The position numbers were made by a program, and so were the translations under genes. A stretch of DNA of 53,003 nt, counting the filler, from Asterionella formosa (Eukaryota): the NCBI GenBank assembly GCA_002256025.1. It is 4 parts of 4 records of this genome, joined end to end, with 100 filler letters (N's around TTAATTAATTAA, not from the genome) between each part and the next. Parts side by side here need not be neighbours in the genome. Positions count along the whole stretch, not along the records: positions 1 to 13,183 come from NKIB01006891.1; 3 more parts are not named here. One strand, 5' to 3'. Of this stretch, positions 1 through 12,776 are shown one piece after another (positions within the stretch are counted from its first letter, which is position 1; every line of letters starts with the position of its first letter). The notes beneath the pieces were generated by a model that was given only the letters and a program-made list of their open reading frames with translations, was not told the DNA's origin and ran no database searches.

Positions 1-547
1 AACAAATTCTAACAGCCATTGACCCAACCTACTACAACGTTCTGGAAGATGCTACATTTGGATATGCAGACATCACTGTTCTGACCTTACTTGCTCACTT
101 AGAATCTACATATGCAACATTGAGTGCGGATGATTTGGAACTCAATCGCATGCGCTTGGCCGATGCTTGGACACCAGAGGAACCTATTGAGCATTTATGG
201 ATCCGAATCAAACATCTTCATGCCATTGCCGATGCTGGTGGGGAACCTTTCTCTGACAGTACTGTCATGCGATTGACTCTTTCTGCTTTAGAACAGGCTG
301 GTGTATATTCTCACAGCATTCAAACTTGGCGTGATCGCGCTGAGCTGGACCGTACATGGGTTAATTTATGCCCGCATTTCATGCATGCTGATAAGGAACG
401 ATTGCGCCTTGGCACCGCCACCACTGCCGGTTATCATGGTGCCCATGCTGCCATTCAAACCAGTGGCCCTCCCCCATTGCCAGCTATTGCTGCCACTGCT
501 CGTGCTGTCCCTTCTGGATACACTTACAACAATGTCCAATTAGGCTA
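1..547 (+). pseudogene. Diatom copia-type gag fragment (5' end outside window, 3' truncated)
   Basis: Frame reads TAIDPTYYNVLEDATFGYADITVLTLLAHLESTY...WTPEEPIEHLW...TWVNLCPHF...AGYHGAHAA, resembling diatom copia Gag. It breaks off at VQLGY, where a Zn-knuckle would be expected. Confidence 0.7.
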
Positions 548-2343
548 TCGTATAATCCAACTAAAAGTGATAAGTTAAATCCAGACACCTCATTAACAAA
601 TGTGATTGAGGAGGAAGCTTCTTCGAATAAGGAAACTGAAGTAAATTTCGTATTCAATGCAAGTCTTGCATCGGACCCAGGTTTACCAAATAGTTATGAT
701 GTGGCAATGGCAAGACCTGATCGCAAAGAGTGGATGAAAGCTATAAAGAAAGAATTTGAAAACTTCCAAGCAAGAGGAGTGTGGAAAATTGTTAAGAGAA
801 ATGATGTGAACAAGCGAGCTTTTGAGACAAGGTGGGTATTCCGTATGAAGGAGGACGTGATAACCGGCAAGACAGTATACAAGGCTCGGTTGGTCGTGAA
901 GGGATATGAACAGATCCCGGGAGTTGATTTTACTGAGACATCCGCTCCTGTTGCAAGTGATGTTACAATAAAAACCGTTCTGGCTGTTACTATGTACTAC
1001 GGCTGGATAGCGGAAGCAATCGACGTTGAAGCAGCGTTTTTAAATGCTGTCGTCGACGAAGACATTTATATTGAGCCCCCAGAAGGATTGACAGGGATTG
1101 ATCAGAATACACATATCTGCAAACTAATTAAGGTTATGTATGGAATTGTGCAAGCTCCAAGATGCTGGTCCAAGACATTTGTGAAATGCATCACCAGCAA
1201 GACAGGCATAACGAAAAGCGAAATAGACCCAATGTTGTTTATCTACCGTAAAAACGATGGACAAATTGAAGGGCTATTGGCAAACTACGTGGATGATGGA
1301 ATTATATGTGGTACCAGGAATGCAGTCGACTATATGAAAAAATGATCAAGGAAGATTTTAATATCACGGAACAAGGTCCCCTACGAAAACACTTAGGAGT
1401 GGAATATATGCGCAAGCACGACAAATTTGGAGAATACTGGGAAGTTCAGCTGAAGAAAATTCCTACTGAAATGCATGCTACTGGAATACGAGATGCTTAC
1501 TGGTAAGAAGATAAAGTCTTATGTGACACCAGGAGCACCAGTAAAACATTAGGAGCCAATAATGGAGAAACTATTATGGAGGCGGAATATCGCAAGAAAA
1601 TTGGGAAATTATTATGGTCTACTAAGACAGATTCCCTAGACTGTGCCAATGCAGCACGTGAATTATATTCGTATTGAAGCTGTCCAGGTGAAGAACACTG
1701 GGATGGAGTTTCACGAGTTATTGGATTCTTATAATGCAAATCGGACAGAGTTCTCAAGATTCGAAAACCTAAGGAATTACGGGTTATTGCTTATGTTGAT
1801 AGTGACTGGGCTGCTAATAAGGTAAGCCGGAAAAGTACTATGGGTTTTCTGGTTACCATTGGTGGTGTGTTGATCAGCTGGCAATCAAAGGGCCAGCCAT
1901 CCGTTATGCTGTCAAGCACAGAAGCAGAATACGTTGCGATGTTGCAATGTGCTCAAGAGATCAAATTTATTGCAATATTACAGAACGAAGTGACAGGTGG
2001 TAAAAATATCCTACCAAGCAGTTTACATGAGGATAATACAGGTGCAACATTCACAGCGAAGAATCAACAGCTTGGAACAAGAACAAAACATATTGATATT
2101 AAGTTTCATCATGTCAAGAACATGATAGATGAGGGTGAGTTGCATATTGTTTTTCTAAGAACAGAAAACAATCCAGCAGACATTTTGATGAAGAATGTCA
2201 AAGAGCAGATTTTTACAAGGTTATCTGGACCTGTACTGAGTGGTACAATTTTAGAACTTCTTGAACATGGTAACAAGGAGGATGTCAAGAATATAGCATT
2301 GATGGCTATAATGAGTCACAAAGGACTGTGGACTCAACTATAG
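548..2343 (+). pseudogene. Ty1/copia reverse transcriptase + RNase H, disrupted
   Basis: Motifs SYNP, RWVF, YKARLVVKGYEQIPGVDF, DVEAAFL, MYGIVQAPR, YVDD, then YVDSDW, STEAEY, EDNTGA, TKHIDIKFH, NPADIL. Frameshift near 1340 and stops near 1504, 1676 and 1818. Confidence 0.93.
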
Positions 2344-2665
2344 TCCAATTAGTCAAATGGTCCGTTCCCAAGTCAAGAAGCTTGCTAACGAGATTGATGT
2401 CTTAGATCAATCAGAAGAAGGTTTACATCAACGAAAAGGGAACACGAAGAACAGGTTTTCGAAGTGTAATGAATGGGATTGAAACTTGGTAGTTTTTGCT
2501 TAAGCTTATAATTAAGAAACAGTGAGAATTGACAGAGTAAGGTCAATAGCGAAAACTAGCACGAAGGCTAGCAGCAGAAGGAAGACAACAATACTAGTGG
2601 TACAACACGTAAGACCTACGTAAGAGGAACCCTTCAGGCGGGAAGGAGTACGAGACCTTTTAACA
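2283..2665 (+). mobile_element. Putative 3' LTR of the first copia element
   Basis: Purine tract AACAAGGAGGA (2272-2282) is followed by TGTCAA...TTAACA (TG...CA with imperfect terminal inverted repeat). No second copy in the window to confirm the ends. Confidence 0.65.
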
Positions 2666-2847
2666 TGTTCATTACATGATCTGCACACACGTGGTAGTCT
2701 ACGAAGTTCATCAGTGACTTGATTTTACGCACATTTATATATTGTTGACCGGTAAATATCAACTGCTAACATCTGTTACTATTTGACCGGATAGACTAGT
2801 TCTGAGTATCATCAACAACAACAGCAAACAACCTCTATGAGTGAATA

Positions 2848-4149
2848 TTAAAAGATTCCGAAAGCAGTAGTAGCAGCAAAGATAAGAAAGAGAGCCCCAC
2901 TAATAATCCCGATAGCCTTCTCGGAAATATACTTAGCTAAGTATGATCCTCCCGACACAGCAATTCCAGTTGCCAATCCATGAGCTACAATAGCACCCCC
3001 AGCAACACTCACAGGATTCTGAGCAGCAGACAAAGCAATTGTAGACAAGAATGATCGGTCACCAAATTCAGCGGCAAAGACGAGACCGAAGGTGCTGAGG
3101 ATTTGGGCACTAAGCGGGATTGAACAAATAGAACAAGTGAGTTGGTCATTTCCCCCATGTCCACAATGAGTCGATTCCACCACCAGTTTGCACACACACA
3201 TTCGCATCTATAATAACTTACAGCACAGTTACTTGCTTCACTGTATCACTCCCTTCCACAGTTTCTTCAGCTTCTGCAAGTTCCTCATCCATGATAGAGC
3301 CTTTGCTTGGATCCAACTCAAAGGCTTCCTTCAATGTCTTCACCCCAAAAAAAGTGAAGGCTAAAACGGCAGCGACGTCATCCAATGGAATGCCTTGTGC
3401 AAGACCAGCGGGGACCGCATGGAATATTTGACCAATCAAGACTGATAGTAGAGTCATGGCCGCCAGGGCGCCCATGGAACCAACATATGAAACAAAACGG
3501 GACGTCTTCATCGCCAACAGGCCAGCAATAAAAAAAGTCTTGTCTCCAATTTCACTCAAAAATACCAGAGAAAAGGCTTGATAAAAGCCAGTGGCTGTGA
3601 ATGATTCCATTAAAACAGAGGTGGAAGAAACCATACTGGTAACTCCAACCGTCAAGGTCCCGAAATCAAGGGCAAGGCATTTAGCGGGAATGGCGAGAGC
3701 GCACGCTCCAATGATTCCAGCAGCGACGGCTAAAGGCTTTTTTCTTGATCTTTTCAGGCGCTCCACGTTGACCTGTTCTTCATTGTTCGTGCCCCATCCC
3801 CATTGCAATGCAGTGCTACTGGCTGGGTTGTGACTTTCACAGAGCTTCGGAAGGCTCAAGACATGATGTGGTAGAGATTGACGGCCAAGGAGAGGCTGGT
3901 GTATCGATACCAAAGGTGTGGTACTTCGTACGCAGAGGGTAAGAATCAATGAAGCAGTAATGGAGATAGAAATACAGCGGGCGATCCAAGTGACATGACG
4001 GAGGAGAGTTGCACTTCTAGATACTTCGTTCACTTAGATCTTGTTGCTTTCCCCCTTCTGAATGTTTGCGATGCGACGTACCTGAAAGCAGCGACATGGG
4101 AAGAGGCTAAGAGCGCTGATAGCAGGTAACAGACGGTAAGGAGCTTCAT
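2848..4149 (-). CDS. GDT1/TMEM165 (UPF0016) Ca2+/Mn2+ transporter, PAM71/CMT1-like, probably plastid-targeted; exons 4149-4082, 3923-3222, 3109-2848
   Basis: Two family motifs, EIGDKT and EFGDRS. Phase-compatible GT-AG introns at 4081-3924 and 3221-3110. Exon 1 (absent from the ORF track) encodes signal peptide [22 protein letters not shown]. Confidence 0.9.
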
Positions 4150-4448
4150 CATGTTCGGATGGCAGTTCTCTCAAACCTCTATCATGAGCGATGGAAGTGA
4201 TGAATGATGCAGCTCCCGTTTGCTTTGCCAAGTGTCGTCCATTTATTTGATGGCATTTTTGTGACGTGTTTTCATGAGTCACGCTCGGGAATGAAAAATT
4301 ATTTACATCTCCCGAAGTACAATACCGCTATTACATAACGTAGTATACGAAGTCTGATTAATAGGAAAACATATTATAATCATAAAAATAAACTATCTTA
4401 GTACACATGATTGACTGAAATGCTGGTACCTGGTACCAGTACACTATT

Positions 4449-4709
4449 AAATCATAATCGCTGTGTGAAGTCCGACATAGTGACTTACTTAGGTAAAGAG
4501 TAAAAGGGTAAAGTTGTATTAAAAGGATTAATTGTAAAAAGAGTGAGCAAGATCGAGCACTCACTTCTTGCTTTTTCTATCGCTATCGCTATCGCTAACT
4601 AAAATACATTTCCACTCTATCGCCAATGTCTGCATGCTATAACAACTAGTCACTGCTGCACCGTACTGCTGCATATCGCTACGTACTTCGTGCCAACCTT
4701 AATTGTTCA
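4449..4709 (-). repeat. 3' LTR of second copia element
   Basis: Direct repeat of 10724-10966; carries an extra (CTATCG)n tract. Confidence 0.93.
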
Positions 4710-4867
4710 GTCCCTTCTAGCAATATGGCGGAGGTGGCCGAGATGTTGCTTGCCACAAATCTACGACCTGGTCTTCAAAGCCACATGTCTTGCATGTCCA
4801 GGAGTTAACCAAGCATCTTATGACGCTTGATGAACCTACTAGGCTGTGTTCAATGTCAATACATGAA

Positions 4868-7800
4868 TCAATCACATAAAAAACCTTTGGTTGCTTGTGC
4901 CAGTGGCTTAGTCAGCACATCAGCCAAGTTTGTCTTTCTATCCTCTTTTGTCACTCTGATTGTGCCTGCTGCTACTGCCTCTCTTGAACGATGATAAGCA
5001 ATTGAATTGTGTTTCTTCTTAAGCGTAGATTCCGGGAAATAGCTAGTATTCTTGGTAACTGCCTCGTTGTCACAAAAGATGTTGGTTGGCCCTTCTATTG
5101 GTATTCCAAACATTCTCAGTTTGTAGCGCAGAGCCTCCACTAACTCCACAGAGATCCTCATGGCAACAAACTCGCTTCCAAAGGTCGATGTCTCAACCGT
5201 ATTTTGGCGTTTGCTGTACCACACTACTGGTGCCCTGTTAGCAAAGAGTAGGATACCAGTGTGTGAGCGTCTTGTTATACGATTACCTGCATGGTCAGCG
5301 TCAACAAAACGATGTGTTGACACCACATTTACACGGGCTTCTGGCATGTCCCCTGGAATTGGCTCATTTGCCCCTCGATAAAAATCATGCCCATCACACT
5401 TCACAAATCTCGATTCAGCAATATCAGAGTACTGGGGATCAAATGCCAAGTAATGTTCGCTTAGGTCTTGCTTTCAAGAATCCGAAGATATAATAAACCT
5501 GTCAAAGATGCCCTTTCGAGGAAACGCAAGGTGAGAAGACAGCATTGACACTTCCATTGCAATATCAATCCTTCCGAGTTCTATCGCCCACCGCAAGACT
5601 CCAATCATCTCTTGATAATAGCGGATGCCTTCTAATTCTAGCTCCGCTTTGTGTCCAGCTCCGGTCGATAATTGGCTTGAATTGGTGTGGTGCACCTGGA
5701 TGGTAGTCTCTGACCACTTGACTTCAATGCTGCTTCGACATTTGCTATGGATGCTTTAACATATTGCTCTGATGACATTGTCCAGCAGTCCATTCCATTA
5801 ATGATCTTTTGTGTGAGCTGTGCCCCAAGATAATTTTCTGGTTTTTCAATCTTGTCGTCTTTCAATTTAAATGTTGCTTGGATACCCTTCATAGTTGCAT
5901 GTGGATCATGGGATATACATAAGATATCGTCAACATATACTATAAGCATCATTTCATAGTACTCAAGCCCATTGGGTTTGGCCGCTGGTCAAATCCATAT
6001 GTCTGGATCCGCTTTGTTGCTTTGTTGGAATATAGCTCAAATCATAAAGAGCCTCAGCCAAATGTGCTTGGAAGGCCGCACCACTAGACTTTAATCCATA
6101 CAATGCTTTTCGATTGACCATCACACCTCCAGCTTCTGATCCGAATTCTGGTCCTGCAATAGTATATATTCTCTCACGGCAGTCAGCAGTCAAGTATGCA
6201 TTTTGGATGTCACATGCCAGTAATTCAAGGTCATTGAGAGGGCGATCCTCACTGAATCCCTCGAAACCACCGAGGAGTATGTCAGTGCTGCTGGGGCCTC
6301 TGTTTCATTCCCGTTGGCAACTAATCTTGCCTTTTGTCTGAAGTTGTTGCCCATCTTAATGTAAAATATAAAATGACACTTGATTCTCTGGTACCCTGGA
6401 GGGAGTTCCTTTTCATCCTGTTCCCACATCTCAAATGCCGGCCTCACGTTTTTTATCTCTGTGCAAATTGCATCCCACCAGAGACTATTGCCATTCTGTT
6501 TGTCAATTGCATCGCTTGTTCCACTGAATTTGGAATACGAATTCCAAACTTATGCATTCACTGCCAGTACTTAGATTTAATTTTGGATAGGATCCTATTG
6601 CGCTTCCTTTTTAAATTTCCAACCCACCAAGCAAAATCTGGTTCCTCATCTATTTGGTTTGCAATTGCGTACTCTGCAACTAGGACTTGGTATGAATGTT
6701 TTGCATCCTTCAGAGCAACCCAATTGGTGCTACCGTCTTTCCACTGACACAACATGTGCCATCCTTGTGTTTTCTCGCGCCTCCTTTTCATGCCATTCTT
6801 CATCATTATAAAGGCGTCGTCTTTGTCAATAGCGCTATTACTTCACGGATGGTCAATGATATCTTCTAGGAGGATATGTCTATTCCCTTCTTCATCAATC
6901 TTTGAATACAAGTTTTGATCAATGATGTTAGCAGATAATGATTCAGATACACCATCCTTAAATTCAACAGCCTATTCTTTCATGTCTTATAATGGGTTCT
7001 CATTTGCCATACCAATCAGTCATCCTTCTGCATCACGTAGCCGCTTTGTAACTTTACTAAATTGCGCGTCGCAATTGTCATTCACTCCACTTGTCAATGC
7101 TACTTCCTTATTGAGGTATGTATCAGGAAAGGTGTCAGGAGTAAAGGTTTCATCCACTTCTGGGATACTTGAATCGGATATGACTCCATTGAATTGTGCT
7201 GAAAATTCTGTATGGTTATCTTCGGTGTAGTCATCCCAATCCTGTAATTGACGCTCATCTTGCTGCTCTCTTATGGTGTGATTTTCATCTTTCATGATGT
7301 CAGCAACTTGCTTGTTGTGTCATACTCCTTACATTGCTGTTTTACCTCATGTGTCCCTAACTCCAGGTTTGTAATGCACTGCAATGTGGTTCTTGAAATA
7401 ACTCTTCCATTTGATGTCAGTATCCAGTATGACATTAGGTTTGTCAATGCGGTGTGATACGCCCAGCCAACGTCCAAACATATTGTCACCAACCCCTGCA
7501 TTATTGTGACACCAAACCCAATCATAGAAACTAAAATCGAGATACTCTGAAATGTTAGGAGTCTCGCCTGTTACCTGCTGTTCAAGAGGTGTGCGACCTT
7601 CAAGTTGAAATGATGAGTTTGCTGTTAATGACATCGTCTCACACAACCATACTATACCATAGTCCCACAGACATTTTGGTACTCTCCGCTTTGTCATTTG
7701 TTGGAACCATTTTCGTTTTACTTCTCTAATTACCGCTTCAGCTCTGTTCTGTTGTGGGCATTGTGGTTTGCTGACATGGTGTTCAATGCCATATTTCCTT

Positions 7801-10421
7801 GCAATCTGCATAAATTCAGTTTTAGGCCCAGTTTGTTTGCTTGCGCCATCAGATGTCAGCTGTTCAGGAACTCTGTAATTGCGTCTGAATTGTCGTAAAG
7901 CCTGTCCAGCCATCGACTTTCAGTCCATTGGATACGCCTTCACAAAGTATGACTTGTTTGCAAATATCTGTGCACAGGTGTTACTGGAAATAGATTTACA
8001 TCGTCCAAATAACGTGTCTGTGTAGAACTTCTGGTTCCTTAGTTTCTTCTGATTGAACATCCTGTCTGTCCTATACCTTCTGCTTAGGGGCAATATCGCT
8101 GATCGCACGCCTTGCTGAGTTGTTACCCTTAAGGTTTGTTGGGCCTGCTTCATACCAATGTTCCATCTATGACCTAGCTGATCACTAGTTATTGATGTGT
8201 GTCTTTTGTTCGATAGTATGAACGTTTTCCTTTCTTGGACGTTAACTGCCTCAATATTTCGCTGGCTCATTAATGATTTCGTCATTTTGTGAAAGCAATA
8301 AATTGACGATATTTGCAGTAGTCCTGGTTCAGTATCACTGCAATCACATTCTGCCTTCATGTGTTCTGTAGATGCTAATTGCACAGTGTGTGGGTTCCAC
8401 TTGGTGTCAAGTGTAAGGTGTACATGAGGACATTTATCAAATTATGCTTGAGTGGGAGTGGACGATTCAAGGAGGATGTTAGTTCTGCTGGTGATTAAGG
8501 GGATTGTCACATGGTTAGTTATAATGGAAACGGGTGGTGGGTCTCTCTCAAATGGGTTGTCCTGAACAGTGACACCGGCATATTGCAACTGATTTGGGTT
8601 GATCAATGAGTGTGTGAGTTTATCACCAAACCATAGACCTTCATGAATGACCGGAATATAAACTTGGCCATCTTGCTGATCCATGTAAGATGTTGCTGCA
8701 GTTACGATTGGTATGTCACATTCAGGGTTATACGCTTCAGAATTGAATGGGGCAACTTCACATCATACCCGACCAGTGTAGTGGAGCAGTACGAAATTTG
8801 ATCCAAGTGCGCATGTGTCCGCATGGGATCAAGTTCACAATGAGCTGTCTGGATATAAGTGTGATGAAGAGACAAGATAGTTCGATGAATATTAGGTGCA
8901 GCCCTTTGATTGATATGCTGCCAACGCATGAGACAGAGACGCAAGTCAATCTGTTATACTTCATTTTGCGCTTTCCTTCCCTCCAAATGCATTTCCTGCT
9001 TGACTAGCATTTGACTTCTTTGGTGTATCCTCTGCAGCATTGTCTGCATTGCCATCTGAATTGAACTAATGATTGCCGTCGTTAGCTGCTGTGTAGTCAA
9101 TTCAGATATGGTTCACTTGCTTCCACCTTGTTCTCCCTTCTTGTCGCGTTCTTTGAGAATCTTGCTTGTCACGCTCAACAAAAGATAGCTTATCCCATTC
9201 CGCTATAGAATAATATCCAGTGCTGGTTTTCTCTGGACTACTGCGTCCGCCTCCTGTTTCGTCCTTGTCCATTTCCTCTTCCTCTTTGTCCACTGTTTCG
9301 CCCGCCATGACCACCACCACAATCAGCAGTAGTAACTGCACTAATTTTCTAGACAATTGATAATCCGGGGTCTGAGAAATCTCGGAGTTTAAATGGTTAG
9401 CAGCAACAGTAAAAGTGATCCCATCTGTATTCAACTGATACCTTAGTTGTGCCACTGCTGCTGCTAATGCAGAGTTCTGCACTTTGGTAAGAAGCTCATC
9501 GACTTTGGCTCTCTCAGTTAATAGTTCATTTCCTTCTTCAAAAATGGTAAAAATCCGCTGTAACAAATCTAGGAACTTGTTGAACGGTAAGGCTTGTTCA
9601 GTTTTGTAGTGCAAGGTATTTTGGATCCGCTTTGCATCAGCTATTCTCCTAGTAGAGTTTCCTTCACCAGCATAGTGGCGACGCAAAGCAATCATGTCAC
9701 GCCTGCCATCTTGGTACTTGGCAATGTTGCGTATCCAGTTCTCAGTGTTTTCTCCTTGCAAGAACCCAATAATAAGATTGTGCACTCGCCTTGTATTGGC
9801 TATGTAATACTGCCCATTAAGCAATGCTCGATTAATCATCCTTTCATTGAATGTAGCATACTCTGTTCCTGGGGTGGGGTTCTCTAGCTCTCACATGACA
9901 ACATGTGACAATGGAATGCCATTTCCCCCAGGGATGACCAATAGGTAGTTAATGAACGCCTTCTCCCATTCAGGCCATTTACGTTCATCCTTGAATTTTC
10001 CTGGATCAGCTGCCTTTGAGTTGGTGGTGACCAATTCAATGTCGGATTTACGAATTTGAGCCAAACTGAGGGCTGCATACATCGTTTCTTCATCAAAATT
10101 TTCATGGTTTGGAATATTGCTTGCTCTATGACAGTCCTGTACCCAATGCATAACACCAGTCAGCTTCTTAGTGCGTCCTAGTCCAAAGACAATCTGTCCA
10201 TTTGCCTGGGTACGCTTGCCAACAAACTCATCCGCCATATCACGGATATCCTTCTCCACCACAAGGTAACGGAAATCTTCGAATCAGCCCAACCCTGCCT
10301 GCATGATGCCAGCCCTTCCGGCTTCTGATTCAAATCCAATCACCTGGAGTACTTTGTCAACGCCTATCAACATCATTGGTGAACCTTCATTCACAATCGG
10401 AGCAACTGCCACTTCGGCCAT
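4868..10421 (-). pseudogene. copia gag-pol, with many frameshifts and stops
   Basis: Gag from ATG 10421 (DPGKFKDERKWPEW, HYAGEGN, AGNAFGG). Protease ELD(S)HADT at ~8830, frameshifted. Integrase FYTDTLFG, SDGA, QQNRAE. RT KARLVA, KALYGLKSSG, YVDD. RNase H FVDADHAG, STFGSEF, CDNEAV, NLADVLTK. Confidence 0.92.
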
Positions 10422-10723
10422 CTTGTTGTTCTGTTCTGTACATGAATAAAATGTTAGTACGTGAGGGGCTTCACGTTTTGCTAATGCCTGATGAGATGAT
10501 CAGTCTCACTTTGGCCGCTTGCTGCGCTAGGGATTGAGAAGGATTCCCTTCCTCTATCCGGTTGTCATGCTGTGCTTCCAGAGCCCTTATCCAGCCGTCC
10601 CTGGTGTATCTGGAAATATCGACACTTTGAACACATCGCATTCACTATTTGTTTCCTTTTTCGCTTGCTTTATCCTCTTTCCGCTAGCATCGCTCTTGCT
10701 TCTTACGATGGGTCTTATAAACT

Positions 10724-10966
10724 AAATCATAATCGCTGTGTGAAGTCCGACATAGTGACTTACTTAGGTAAAGAGTAAAAGGGTAAAGATGTATTAAAAG
10801 GATTATTTGTAAAAAGAGTGAGCAAGATCGAGCACTCACTTTTTGCTTTCGCTAGCTAACAGACATTTCTACTCAATCGCCAATGTCTGCATGATATAAC
10901 AACTAGTCACTGCTGTACCATACTGCTATTTATCACTACATGCTTCGCGCCAACCTTAATTGTTCA
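10724..10966 (-). repeat. 5' LTR of second copia element
   Basis: Direct repeat of 4449-4709; begins TGAACA on the minus strand. Confidence 0.93.
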
Positions 10967-11137
10967 CTATTACTAATAATACAATATTGACTTGATGATG
11001 AGTCAAACAAAAACTGGTAACAAAAGTTGGACTGCTGTACACGATATAAGGGCGTTTTTTCGTCTGTCCCCAATTTACATCATTTGTGGTAAGATGATTG
11101 GACCATCAGCTTGTCACAAATGTTGATCTTGGTCAAT

Positions 11138-12776
11138 CTATTTATTGCCTGTCTTCTTGTTGGCAAGTGTCACTTTTTTGCTAGGTTCCTTCTCGGCTTC
11201 TGCAGACTCGTTAGTTTCATTGGAGCCGCGCTCAATACCCACTGCAAACAAAGGATTCTTCGACAACTCTTCAAATATGGCGTCTTCCTTCTTTCGAATC
11301 TCTTGCTCCTCGGACGACAACTGTTTCCTTTTCTTCGAACCGGAAACAAGCCTGATTATAATAACAAGAAAATGCTGTCGGTGAGGTATGCTACAATATA
11401 CTCCACGTTTAAATGCAGTACTGAAAATCAACTCACTCATCCAATTCCATTTCTAATCGTTCCTCGAAGCCAGGCCCAAAGTACAGCTGTGCTCCCGCTA
11501 GACAAGAAACCTTATCTTCTTCTTGGCCTTCTCCACTTCCACTATACAGAGAAACAGGCTTGATTGACGCGTCCCCCAGTGCCTTCTCAATATCAGTCGA
11601 GCACAACTGTTCTCCCTTGTTTAACTCTAACAATGTTTCCTTGCCTTCCCCATTCCTCTTTCGAACCCTGATCTCGATAGCTGTCTCAATGATTCTTCCC
11701 ATAATATCATATCCTAGAAATGCTAATGCTTGAGTCGTTTCATCACCTGGAGGTGGTAATGATGACCTTGGATCAAAGCCTAACCAATGCAGAAATCTGA
11801 CAGAAGCACTGTTCATATTGTCCCATACACCATCCTTGGTTCGACCTCTTGTTGTAGTTCGTGTTGCATCCCACGTCTTTTCTTCTTGTGTCTTTTTCTG
11901 ACTACGTCTTGGAAGAAAGGAGCCTGTTCTTACTTCTGCAAATGTCATGTACCAGTCTCCCTTCATCGCATCAGTCCGAACATCAAATTGAGCTGCACGT
12001 TCTTGCAAATGCCCACCTGTGACAATCTGTTCATTTTGTGGTTTGGATTCTTCTGCGTCCTCAACAGATACTCCGTTTTCTTCCTCTAGTTGCGTCGCCT
12101 CATGCATATCTTTCCATCGTTCATAGGCGGCAATTTCTTCCGGGAAAAGCTGTCGCAACTGTTCGACATCAAATCCACATTTCGGATCGTACGCTAGCTT
12201 GTCATAACTATCAATGGCTCGGTATAACATGGTTGAGTCAGCCGCTTGAGCTGTCGACGAAATTTTACCATATTTTCGCATGATACTCTTGTTGAATCGA
12301 TGAACTTGCCGTCTAGCCGTTGCGTATGCAGCCTTCTGGGACCGGCGAATGGCGCGAGCGTCCTTAATGGCGACTTGGAGACACCGTCGACAACCTAAGA
12401 GTGCCATTTGAACAGCAGCGGGATGAGGAGAAGGACCGTCTCCAAAAGTGATCATCATTTTGGCAGCCGCGTGCCCCATGGGAATGAGGTCTAGAGGGGC
12501 ATCGACGCCGTCATCGGAATCTACCATGTCGTTGAGTGTGGCTTTTGTGCAGGTGGTTGTAGGGTTGCTGTCACTTGAGATTGACTTTGGCTTTGATTCC
12601 TCCTCATGTATATCGTCGTATTCATCGGTATCCTGATTAACTTTGGGTACTTCCTTGCCCAACATGGCGAGGACAGCGTTTTCCACGGCATCGTTCAAGA
12701 TCTCCCCGCGGCTTCGTGCTTCCAGCAACTGAAGGACGTGCTGCATTTGTTCGTCCATTGATTTGTTAGTATCCAT
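11138..12776 (-). CDS. SPT3: SAGA subunit Spt3-like histone-fold protein; exons 12776-11437, 11351-11138
   Basis: MMITFGD..P, DVRTDAMKGDWYMTFAEVRTGSF, RFLHWL and ALAFLGYDIMGRIIETA match remembered Spt3/SUPT3H blocks. An 85-nt GTGAGT...ATCAG intron joins the two ORFs in frame. Confidence 0.72.

Larger units (their letters stand above)
4449..10966 (-). mobile_element. Full-length but decayed Ty1/copia LTR retrotransposon (diatom CoDi-like)
   Basis: Two ~250-bp direct repeats. CTATT duplication at 4444-4448 and 10967-10971. Minus-strand domain order gag-protease-integrase-RT-RNase H. Purine tract AGAAGGGAC precedes the 3' LTR. Confidence 0.95.
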
